Of a DNA stretch of 64,000 nt, positions 1 through 11,676 are shown piece by piece (positions within the stretch are counted from its first letter, which is position 1; each line of letters opens with the position of its first letter). This DNA comes from Paraspadella gotoi. Taxonomy: Eukaryota; Animalia; Chaetognatha. The notes beneath the pieces are model-generated. The model did not search any database. It saw nothing but the letters and a program-made list of their open reading frames with translations, and had not been told where the DNA came from. The position numbers were made by a program, and so were the translations under genes. The stretch covers positions 27,167,340 through 27,231,339 of the forward strand of contig CM119264.1 of NCBI GenBank assembly GCA_051294375.1, in the 5' to 3' direction.

Positions 1-315
1 CGTTCCAGTAGGTGCCAGACACGAGGACCACTTTCGAAGGACTTGGGTCGGCGGCGGCCATTTTGTAGGTCCGGACCAGATCTGCTTTGTTGACCATTTT
101 GCACGGGAGAAATGTCTCTATTTTTTTTTCTTCGGGAATGCTCTGCAATTTCCCCTGCGGGTGAATAAGAAAGCATTATCATTCGAAAAAAAAAAGATAA
201 ATCTTTGTTAAATGATAAATCAATCAAAGTTCAATATTATTAGTTTTTTTTTTTTAAGTGAGATCAAAAAGCAACAAATGATATGTTTTCGAGAAGGTAA
301 AAATATATACTCTCT

Positions 316-346
<31 letters not shown>

Positions 347-490
347 TCAGTTTTTTGAAAACTGACCTAAAGCTCTACTCCTATTTTCAATATCAGAATA
401 TCAATATCTCTCTCTCTCTCTCTCTCTCTCTCCTGCACGTGAACTGTTCGCTAAGGCGTAGTAAAATTCCTAAATTTAACTTTAATTAAA
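1..490 (-). repeat. Inverted copy of ~1043-1506 (promoter and first ~32 codons of the aminotransferase gene)
   Basis: 1-110 is the reverse complement of ~1397-1506. The match continues through the (CT)n/(GA)n tracts up to the N-gap at 491-515. Confidence 0.95.
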
Positions 491-1081
491 NNNNNNNNNN
501 NNNNNNNNNNNNNNNGTCAATTATGAACAACATACCATCATGAACATTAATTTGTAAAAAAAATTTATTTTATGTTTTTAAATTTTCGCAGTAGGCTATA
601 TTTATATATAGTACTATCCTTATAAAATCGAAAATTTCAAAATAGGCTTTTCTAATTTTAATTGGAGATTTGAATTCCTCGTCAAAAGTTGATAAAAGAA
701 AATATAAATCATTTTTAAAAATTCTTTCATTAAGTGGGTTAAAAATTAAAAAAATATATTTAATATATAAAAAGTTAATTTTCAGCTTAAAATATAGCTT
801 TTTCTTATTTTTGACCCACTTAATGAAGGAATTTTTCAAAAAGAGTTATATTTCTTTTGTCAACTTTTTATGACAATCCAAATCTGCAAAAAAATCTTAG
901 AAAAAACTGTTTTGAAATTTTAACATTTATTGGATTAGTACTAGTATAAATATGGCCTATTGCGTAAATTGTAAAATTTATTATAAATTTTTTTATTATA
1001 TAAATGTTCATTAGTATAATGTTGTTCGTTCCTCTTAGAATTTTTAATTAAAGTTAAATTTAGGAATTTTACTACGCCTTA
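453..1081. mobile_element. Palindromic foldback/MITE-like element (~630 bp)
   Basis: Termini TAAGGCGTAGTAAAATT / AATTTTACTACGCCTTA. Internally an imperfect palindrome (667-745 vs 808-884; 524-647 vs 908-1030). A diverged copy lies at ~14909-17585. Confidence 0.7.
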
Positions 1082-1409
1082 GCGAACAGTTCACGTGCAG
1101 GAGAGAGAGAGAGAGAGAGAGAGAGATATGATATTGATTTGATGAGTAGAGCAGCAGTTTCAAAACTGAAGAGAGAAGAGGAGAGAGAGAGAGAGAGTAT
1201 ATATTTTTGACCTTCTCGAAAACATATCATTTGTTGCTTTTTGATCTTCACTTAAAAAAAAAAACTAATAATATTGAACTTTGATTGATTTATCATTTAA
1301 CAAAGATTTATCTTTTTTTTTTCGAATGATAATGCTTTCTTATTCACCCGCAGGGGAAATTGCAGAGCATTCCCGAAGAAAAAAAATAGAGACATTTCTC
1401 CCGTGCAAA

Positions 1410-3336
1410 ATGGTCAACAAAGCAGATCTGGTCCGGACCTACAAAATGGCCGCCGCCGACCCAAGTCCTTCGAAAGTGGTCCTCGTGTCTGGCACCTACT
1501 GGAACGAGGACGGGCGGCCTTTCGTGCCGCCCTCTGTCGCGGAGGCAGAGCGAGATTTGATCGCCCTCCGTCGCGACATCACGATTACCTCATGTGGACC
1601 GGGGACGAAGGCTTTAATCAAAAAGCGGCCGAATTTCTTCTCGGCCAAGACTCGCCCTCCCTCGCCGCCGGCCGGGCCTTCGCCGTCCAAACTCCCGGCG
1701 GAGCGGGGGCGCTCTTCCTCGGCGCCAGCTACTTGAGGCGTCACGCGGTTTCGATCGAGTTTTGATTTCGTCTCCCGGATATTTGACGCACCATTCTATC
1801 TTCGAGACGCTCGCTTCGATCTTAGATTTTATCGATATTTGGATCGAGAGAAGAAACGTCTCGACATCGAGGGGATCGTCCAGGATCTCCGCGCCGCGCC
1901 GCCTTCTGTCGTCGTCCTTCAAGCTCGAGCCACAATCCGACCGGATCGATCCTCGCCCGATGAATGGCGCCGCATCGCCGACGCCGTCAAAGACGCCGGC
2001 CACGCCCCTTTTTTAGATTGCGCCTACTTGGGATTCGTATCGGGCGACGCGGATGCCGACGCCGCCAGCGTTCGGTCATTCGTCGCCGAAGACGCCGGTT
2101 TCCCCGTGGTCTGGACGGCGCTCTCCTTCTCAAAGAACTTTGGACTCTACGGAGAACGAATCGGCGCTCTCGTCGTCGTCGCCAGCGACGCCGGTTTCAA
2201 GAACCGGGCGATGCCGGGATTGGTGACGGAATCTACTCGACTTGGAACAGCCCGCCGAAACATCCGGCTGAGATCGTGCGTCTCTTTTGTCGGAGGAAGA
2301 GAGGAGAGAGAAATGGAGGCAGGAGTTGAAGGTAAAGAGATGGAATTTAATTAGAGGGAATATAAGTAACTACTGTACTATATGAAATTGGTACAACCAA
2401 TATAAAAATTATCCATTCATTTAATAAATAAGTTATCCTGCCCCTGACTTTGGACAGGCTCTGTGGTTTAAGGCCTCCATCACTCTTACAAGATAATGAC
2501 TGGCAGGTCCTGCAAGCTTTCAATCAAGACTTCTCCAGTCTGATTTATTCACTCCCAGAATACCTGGCTTCCACATTGTGAAAATTTATATTAGACGGGA
2601 ATATATATTGTACTCTGCACTAGCTCAAAATACAAGGATCTGAATTTTATGAAATTGGTAAAAAATTATCATTCATTTAATAAATAAGTCTCTTGCCCCT
2701 GACTTTGGACAGGCTTTGGTGGTTTAAGGCCTCATCACTATTAATATTAAAAAATGAATTTTGAAACTCAGAACGAATCTTTTTGATATTGAAATCTTTC
2801 TGTCTGATGTCATTTTGTTTATAAGTTGAGCCGCGTAACTTGCTGTTGGGCGGCGATCTGTCTATTTACCTTTACAGTTTACATGCGCAATACTTATTAG
2901 TACCGTCACACTGTCGTACATGAGTTTCATAATTTTGTAGTCACCTGAACCCTTTAAAATGTTATCACGTCAAGAGGAAATCCATGCGGCGCTACACTAC
3001 ACTACTACTACGCTACACTACATTACTACACTACTACTAGTCTTTGCTTCAATATTCCTTTGTTCTTTTATTTTTTCAGAACGCCGCCTCTCGTCTGTCC
3101 GCTTTAAGTCAGAGCTGCATTCCCTCCTAGTCGCCCGAGACCCCCTTCGCGACTGGAGCCTCTTGACGCGCGCCAAAGGGATGTTCGCCTTCTTCGATTT
3201 AACGACGAAGCAGGCAGAGGCCATGCAGGCCTTCGGGGTCTACATCTGGCCTAACGGGAGGGTCTGTCTCGGAGCGTTGCGTGGAGAGGACGTGGAAAGG
3301 CTCGTCGAAGCCTTGATTTCCGTCGTGGTTTTGTAG
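1410..3336 (+). CDS. Aspartate aminotransferase-like (class I PLP aminotransferase); exons 1410-2331 and 3080-3336, with several 1-nt frameshifts
   Basis: Motifs across frames: VQTPGGAGAL, HNPTG, DCAYLGF, SFSKNFGLYGERIG (PLP lysine), TWNSPP, KGMF, NGRVCLG. Intron AG|GTAAAG ... TTTTCAG|. Confidence 0.9.
2381..2740 (+). mobile_element. Two partial copies of a dispersed MITE family (ATGAAATTGGTAC...GCCCCTGACTTTGGACAGGC) in the aminotransferase intron
   Basis: 2381-2575 and 2649-2740 match each other, 46030-46225, 18600-18635 (reverse complement) and both ends of 55701-56052. Confidence 0.8.
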
Positions 3337-5684
3337 AATGAAAATTTTTTTCCGAGCGGGAACCATTTCATAATTTTAAAATTCTAAAAAAGTATTTTTA
3401 TTAGTTATTATTACAGACTCTGAGCGTCTCTCAGGAATAATTTGGAAAATAATTAAAAAATTTATATATTCTTAGCTGAATAGAGAAAAATGAATATGTA
3501 TTCAAGTTTAAATGCACTAATTCCAAATAGAGCTGCAAAATTTATTTTTCACTCTCGTCAATACTCAAGTTTTCAGTTTATCGGTCTGGCTTCTTTATAA
3601 AACATAAAAATAGGCATAAAAAATGTTATGGAAAAAAGTTTTATTTTCCAAATCACGCGTTTTTTGGAAATGAGAAAGAAGGGAAGAGGAGGAAAGAATG
3701 AGGAGGAAGAGGAACAAAAGCAGGGCTAGCCGACCAAATTTAAATTTCATGGGAACATTTTTGGTATTAGTTATTGTGTTAAATATTTTTTTGAAAAAAT
3801 GTTACGAACCATGATAATTTGCTAATTAAAATTATCTTATAGCTATAAAATATCAAATTTTTTTTAATTGATTCTGATATAGCTCAAAAGTTAAACCGAA
3901 AAATTTAATTACAATATTTTTTCAATTTTAATGTTTTATTACCGAAAATTAATGATGATAATGATAGATGAATTTTAAGGTTTTTTTAAATTTTGACATT
4001 TTATTATCAAAATATTAAAAAAAATTTATACTTTGTGTAAAAAACCTTTTATAAGCTATCAGAATCTTCTTTTAAAAGTACAAATTCTTTTTACATTTCT
4101 TATCTATAAATAAATATCAAAAATTAATTACTAGTGCTTCGAGCCATTTCTGAAAAATTTCTGGGACTTTGAAAGTCTTTCTCAGAAATGTCTGAATTTT
4201 TATTTGGAAGGATCTTAAATCAAATTTCCGACCACACCCATTGACAATAGATGGGCTAACAAAAGAATACGGTCAAGGTCAAGAAATAGTTTTAGAATTT
4301 TCGTATGTAACTTTCACTACGTCTTACTGTTCGCTGGGTTTCGTAACATCTATAAACGTTAAAAAAAACAGACAGAAACGGTAAGCTAGTGACTTTTACT
4401 GAGTTTAATTTGGTCCTCGTTGGATTAGGGAAAGAGCATGAAGATATCACAGGAATCACAGTGGCCAGTAAAACTAATCAAAGTATCCGATTATGTTCTT
4501 GACCTGCAACTCTTTAGATAGGTTTCTTTTATTTTCTATTATAATTTAAATCGATATAAAATGGCGAAGAATGCATCAAATTTTAAAAGTGAATAAATTT
4601 TCGATTTTAGCCTATTTTCAAGTTTATTTGTAATCACCCTTTGTCTTAATAAACCCTAATTTATGACATTTATAATGCTTTATAATGCTATCTCTGAACT
4701 GTCAACATTGAGTCCCAAAACTGCATTTATTTGACGTATTCGAAATGTAACATATTTCTCGAGGGAGCGCTAAATTACGAGAACTGTCTTGCTCAATTAA
4801 TTAAATATTCACAAAAACGAGAAGATTATAATCCCTACACATAATAGCAATCCTCGGACCTCATTTCCCAGAAAAGAGTTATTTTCGTCGATTGCGTAAT
4901 TCAGAGAAACGATGACGTGTCTCAAACAAAAGGCTTCGCCGGAAGTCTGCCAGTCAAAGTCCGATTTTAAAAATATCCTCGAATTTCGTGTTTACAGTAG
5001 AATGAATGAATCATCCTCATTCTCTTTTTTTTTTTTTCAAAAATAACAATTGAAAACAGTTTTAGATTTCAAAACTTTTTTTTTAAAATTGGATATAAAA
5101 CAATTGTTCAGTATTGATCGCGTTTTTCTACTCAACTTTTTTTAGGTTTAATTATAAAAATTAAGCCGTTTATTTTTTTTTTTGTTCCTGTCTTCGTTCC
5201 TGGAATAAATGATTCAACGATTATATTAAAACACAATCGCTTTTATTTAACTGGTTTTTTATTCCTGTATGAATTTTATTCTACTATTAGTTTGGCGTTA
5301 AGGCTTACGTGTCGTTGGAATTGTTTTTACAACAAAAGAACAATAAATTAGTTTGAATAAACAAATGAATCAGCAACAAAGAAAACCTAATTTTTTGTTG
5401 TTAATTCCAAAGTCTCGACGCTTTGAATTATTTTGGTTAAAAAAAAAAAGAAGTTAAAAAATATCGCGCAGTGGGCGCTTCCGATTTTCTCAGCTCGACT
5501 TTTCCAGTTTTAAATTCTCTCCACAGCACTGACAAGATTTCGGTACCACGACTTTGGGTTAATGACCCCCAACAAAAACTTGATTTTGTTCTCTTTTTTC
5601 TTTTTTTTTTGAATGCTTGTTGATCCTTCAAAACAAGCTCAAAGAGCAAGAAAGAGCACGAGCTTGATCGCTACTTAATTCCTT

Positions 5685-8600
5685 ATGATTGTAAAGAACT
5701 CGACTCAATATCGACTCTCATTGTCGCAAATTACTAAAAAAAATTTCAAAACTCAAGCGGCAATAGCGCTATTATCATTCATCTATTTCCAAAATGGAAA
5801 CGATTCGAATCCGCGCTCGAAAGGTCGCGGGTTCGATTCCTCGGATTCGGGAATATTTTTCGAATTCGATTCGCCGACAGAGATTCGAACCGCGGACGTC
5901 GCGACCTCATGCTCGATCATCATTAACAACAACAACAACAACAACTACGATGACGATGATGACGAAAAATTGTCGGCTTCTTTTTTGTCCTATTGGTTCA
6001 AAGAGCGAAACATCAGCGGAGACTTGATCTTGTCGGTCGCCCGCTCGACGTCGCTGGCCAGCGACGTCGACTTCCCATGCCACTGGTTCGTGGCGGCGCC
6101 GCAGTCGGCGACGCTGGCGTCGAAAAGGCCGACGACAACGACGCCGGTTAAGGTCTTCGTGGACGGCGTGGATGGGCGCGACCTCCAACACTTCGTGGAT
6201 TTCCTCTACGGGATTCCTCTTCCGTCGGATCTCGATTTGAAGGGATTGTGGAGACTGAGGGAATTGGCGAAGGTCGGTGATTGGTTGATTGGAGTTCATT
6301 GATTGATGATTTGTTGATTTGCTAACCTAATCTTTTATTATTTGTTTAATAATTCATTGATTGATTGGTTTAATTAGTGATTGTTTGATAGATTAATTAA
6401 TTCTTGCAGTAGGTAAATTCCTAGATTTCATTTTAATTTTATTTTTTCTGATTAATTTTATTTATGAAATGTTTTAATATTCAAATCCCCCTCTCTCTTT
6501 TTCTTCCCTCCCAACAAATCCAAGACTTTAAACGTTCCGCGCCTGACGGAGCGTTGCGCAGCGTGGACGCGACGCTACGCGCCTTCGCTGCGGATCTGGG
6601 AAGAACTCGGTCGCGCCGTCGTGGAGAGAGACGAGCGCGCGACGGAGGAGTTGACGAGGGAGTTGAAGACTCGACCCTCTCTCTTTCGGATGGAAACGGA
6701 GTGGCTGGTGGGTGTGCCCCACGAGGCGTTGGAGCTTGCGCTGCTGCAGGAGACGCTCCCCGTCGACGAAGAGTCTCTCCTTCTCTTCGTCAAAAGATTT
6801 TTCGAGGCGAAGAAGAAAATGGGATTCGATGAGGTGGCAATTTTTAGTTTAAAAGTTTAATTAATGAGAATTAATTGAATTAATAATAATTTAATCATTA
6901 TTTTTAATTTCATTATTATTGACTACGGATGATTGAATGAATAAATGATCGAACAAATGAATGATTAAATATTGAATGAAGATTTTAGTTTGAATCTTAC
7001 TTATTTTTAAGTAATTCAAATAAATTTCGCGATAAAAAAAAACATTTTTACGCACACACTCCTTGTTTAATTGATTTAGAATCATCCAACCCCCCCTCTC
7101 CGACCAAACGGCCCTTCAGGAACATCTCGTCCGAAAGAGAGAGATTATCCGTCGACTCAGATTCGAGACGATGTCCCCATCCTTCTTCTACGGAAACGTC
7201 GTGCCCTCGGGGCTAATGTCGACCCAAGAATTGGCCGAAGCGGCTCGCCGCGGCGTCGAAGCCCCCGAACCGGCCCGCGGCCTGCCCCGGTTCGTCATCG
7301 TTGAGGCTCAAAAGTCGGGACCTTTCAGCGTCGGATATTTTCCGGAAGAGACGGTGGGCGACTTGAAGGAGAGAATTCTCGACTGCATGGGGGCGTGGCC
7401 GAGTTCGAAACGAGACTGTCGTCTCCTCGATTGGGAGACGCGCGCAGAACCCGACCAATCCTGGCGCTGTGAAGAGGCGCTGAGTCCCAACGCGGTCCTC
7501 AGCCTCGTTCGCACATTGGAAGTTGGGATCATGGACGGGCGATACGGGACGACGCGTCTCGTGGAGATCGAAGACGATCGATCGATCGGCGAAATCGCGG
7601 ATCGAGAAGGAATCGACATCGAGGATCGTCTGCTCTTTAAAAATGGAAAGGAAGTTCTCTTCAGGGAAACGAAGATCGGCGACGCGCGATTGGAGGCCGG
7701 AGACGTCGTCCGCCTGATCGAAGGGGATAGAGCGGGGCCGAGGGAGGCCGACTCTCGATGGGGCTTGAAGAAAGGATTCGCTTCATCTTCGGGGTCTTGG
7801 CCGGATTCTGTAGCCGACGAAAAAATCGAGGAAATCTCGGGAGATTTGCCGGAATGGTTCGTCGACGATCCGGACGACCCCTTGGGCGGGTTCGACTCGG
7901 ACACTCTCTACGGAGGCGACGTTTGGTCGACGAGTCTTTCGTCGTCGGTCGTGGGATCGAACGGAGAACGTTTTGACGATCCGTTCCGGGGCGGATGGAA
8001 GAGCGTCGTTGAGGCTGAAGAGAGAAAGAAATCTTCTCCGCCGCAGCAAGAGAGTTTCCCGCTGCGACGCTGCAATGGGGAATCAAACGTCTCCAGCGCC
8101 CGATTTGACGATGATAAAATGCTTCCTCGAGATGAAAAGACCGACAAGAAAGCCGACGGCGTCGGTTTCAATCAAGATCCCCTGACGCTTACCTCCGTTC
8201 TAGATCTCTTGGAATCTTTCTCAATCTACGACGACGAGGCCGTTTTGCAAGCACGTCATTCGAGCGATTGCTTGGCGGGGAAAGACAAGCAAAGATTTAC
8301 TAAGAAAGCGGAACTTGACAGCTGTAAAGGCGTCGCCGATCCGGGCGCCTCTTCCGGCGAGGCGACGAAACGATATCAAATGTTTCCAGATTCGTCTTCG
8401 GCGAATCGAGTTACAGAAAGTAATGAGCAAGACGATCGCGTTGCATCCAAATGGACGACGATGTGTGTTCCAACTTTAAGGGGTCAAGATTTATACAGAG
8501 AGAAGAAAGACTCGCCGTCTAATTTGTCCTTTGATGCTGTGCCAGGTTCTTTGAACGGAAAGGAAAAGAGAAAAGATAATTTAACGACGTCATTAAGTGA

Positions 8601-11022
8601 GTCGGAACGAGATGAGAAAAACTTTCAAACAAATTCGGACGTGACAAAACTTGGCACAGATAGTTCACTTGGAAATCAAGGAGAAATATCACAACCTTTA
8701 ATTTTCACCACCGCGTCAAACACTATTATATGTGATGTAAAATCTTCCATTTCAGATTCAGGATCGAATACAATCGAAGACACTTTGATTCTCACTAAAT
8801 TTGATTTTCAAAATTTAAACGCCATTGGTGATTCTTTCACAACTCCTAAACCCGAGGCTCAGGGTTCCAATGAATTCAGCGACATTTCAAAATCGATCGA
8901 GCAGCTCAAAGATTACATCAAAATCGAGGGAAAGATTCACGAAAACCTACAACAGACTCGGACCGAGGGAAAAATTCACGAAAACCTACAACAGACTGTG
9001 ACGAATTTTGCCCAAGAACAAAATTCTGAAGTTGATTTGATTTTTGCGTCGCCAGAGACGAGCGACGTCGAATCTTTTAAATCCCTTTCGAGTTTGAATG
9101 ATTTCGCGTCTAAAGAGAGCGACATCTCGCGAGACCTCTCCAAATTATCCGAATCGAGTCAAAGCGAAATCGAAAAATCGTCATTTCTCCGAAATACGAG
9201 TTCGGAGGGAGAAATATCCGCTGAGGTCGCTCAGAAATCAAACTCCAACTTCAAACCCGGCAAACTCAGTAAATGGCAGAGAAAAAGAGCGAAAAAAGAA
9301 GAAAAAAAGCGAAAAACAATCGAGGTTTTTGAAAAAAGGGAAAGAAAAGAAATTGCGAATGCGACCAATGATTTGGACGTGACCTCATCAGAGGTTGCTT
9401 TGTTGAAGGCAACGCTTCCGGGAATGAAGATTGAGAACGATGAATCGATGAAAGCAATGACATCGATAGAAAGGCAAATGGAAACAAAATCGTCGCGAGA
9501 AATTTTGATAGAATTTGATCCTTTTGAAAGAATGCCTTTTGAAGGAACATCAGTTGACAAAGAGCGATTAAAAGCGTTGTCCGATGGAAAACCCGAAGAA
9601 TTAAATATATCGCAGGATGTAGAGAAATCGACGCAGGAAAATCTGCAGAATCTGCAGAAAGAGAGACAAATCGAAGATCAATTGTCCGATTCGAATCTGG
9701 CGACATCAATGGCGGATTCTCACCCGTTGCAAGCAAAAGCAGATGGAAAAATTTTCCTCAAATCGATTTTGTCCGAAGCGAAGGCTTTGGCAATGAAATC
9801 TAAGGAGAGAGCGACCAACGAAGAACCAATGGAATCATCCCTGCCCAACATCGCCAACAGCAACAACGCAATACCCTTGGCGTCACAAATGATGGGCAAT
9901 TGTTTCTTCTCCTCGCAGTCTCCTCTTCCTCATTCTCAGATTCAACCCTACGTTCAGTTTCCGACAATGGTCCCGTTGCAAACAGCTTGGCAGATGGCGG
10001 CGGCGGCTCAGATGATTGCCTACAACTCAGCGTTCGCAATGGCCCGATCTTCGATGCAGATGCCTCCGGGCATTGCATATTCAAATTCTATTCAATATCC
10101 TTTCTGTGGCCCGTTGGGAGTTGTTCCCGCGTCGGCGCTTCCATCTGCTCCTCCAATGGCCAACGTTCAGCTGTCTCCCCCAACCCTTGGTTCAGGGACG
10201 CCTCTGCCTTCAGTGCAGCCTCTTTTCAACGTCCAAACTGCTTCTTCAGTTCCAACTGTTCCTTTGGTCAAATTTCTTGCCACGGTTTCTTCAGCCCAAG
10301 CACTTCCTCTATCCTCTGCTGTATCAGCAGTGCCGCCTGTTCCTTTGGACAAATCACTTGCTACTCTTTCTGCAGCCCAACCAGTTCCTTTTTCCTCTGC
10401 TGTTTTAGTGGACAAATCTACATCAGTGACATTTACTTCAGCGAAAACAGTTCTGTCCGCTTCAGATGTTCCTTTGCATAAAACTCTTGCTTCTTATTCA
10501 TCAACCCAACCTCCCCAAGCAGTCTCAGCTCTTTTATCAGGCGCGCCTGTTCCTGTAGTCAAATCGATTGCTCCTAATATTACCGCACAAGCAGTTCTGT
10601 CCACTTCAGCTCTTTTGTCAGGGGCGCCTGTTCCTTTAGTCAAATCGATTGCTCCTAATATTACAGCACAAACAGTTCTGTCCACTTCAGCTCTTTTATC
10701 AGGGGCGCCTGTTCCTTTAGTCAAATCGATTGCTCCTAATACTACAGCACAAACAGTTCTGTCCACTTCAGCTCTTTTAGCGAGCATGTCTGTTCCTTTG
10801 AAAAAAACACTTGTTCCTAATTCTACAGCCCAACGTCTTCAATCCGTTTCTGTTCTTTCAACAGGCGCGCCTGATCCCCTTGTCAAAGCTCATTCCTCAA
10901 TAACAACAATTCCTTCACTAATTCCGGCTACGAAGTTCAAAAACGAGACGGTGGCCTGTGACTCATCCAAATCGGAAACGGAATTAAAAATGAGAAAGTT
11001 ATTTTACGGAGAGAAAAAATAA
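5685..11022 (+). CDS. BTB/POZ-BACK protein with two ubiquitin-like domains and a long disordered tail; exons (5685 or 5794)-6272, 6525-6833, 7120-11022
   Basis: BTB: SGDLILSV..FPCHWFVAAPQS..VDGVDGRDLQHFVDFLYG..LRELAK. BACK: LPVDEESLLLFVKRF..IIRRLRFETMSPSFFYGNVVPSGLMS. Both GT-AG introns are phase 0 and join in frame. Start codon uncertain. Confidence 0.8.
10526..10790 (+). repeat. Coding 81-bp tandem repeat (27 aa, SALLSGAPVPLVKSIAPNITAQTVLST), ~3.3 near-identical copies plus degenerate flanking copies
   Basis: TCAGCTCTTTT(A/G) recurs at 10526, 10607, 10688 and 10769. Confidence 0.9.
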
Positions 11023-11676
11023 TAGAATAAAAATTAAAGAAAACTTAAAATGCTTTTGTTGAATTGTTTTATTATAACTTTTTTATAGTTTATAGTAAGA
11101 AATGTTTTCCTTATAAGCGACGAATTTATTTTCATTCTAACTAAACTTGCCAAGGCAAATCTCAAAAAACTAATCCGACATGCAAAAAATTGAGGAATTC
11201 ATTCACTAATTAACTAAAAAATTGTAAACCGTTGTATCAATAGCCTCTAATCCTAGTCAAGTGATAATTTTTTTTCGATTTTAATTCTTTTTTCAAATTT
11301 TATCTAAAAAATTTTGACTGAAAGAAACAATATGGTCTTTGTGGCTTTCAAAATGCTTCCTGAATGTTTTTACTCTATTGACTACAATGTCGTTAAATTT
11401 GTACTATTTATTGTGATATATCACTTACTTCTCTAATTTTAAATTTAAAATGCATAAAAAGGTTTTATTAATATTTGTGATTTGGCTGTAAAAATAAAAA
11501 TAATTAATGCGACTATAAAAATTTGAATTTTTGTTTTGTTTTGTTTTAATCCATCTCGGTGACTGATGATCACGCTTCTAAAAGTCAGTTGTCAGTACCA
11601 CAAGTTAGGGTACTAGCAAGTAGTTGTGGAATAAGAGAGACTAAGCGTAGCATAGCATAGCCAAGACTAATCGACT

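Noticed and set aside
5820-5845. tRNA-like AAGGTCGCGGGTTCGATTCC
   Set aside because: Only a T-loop/B-box-like motif with no cloverleaf. It lies in the BTB gene's first exon.
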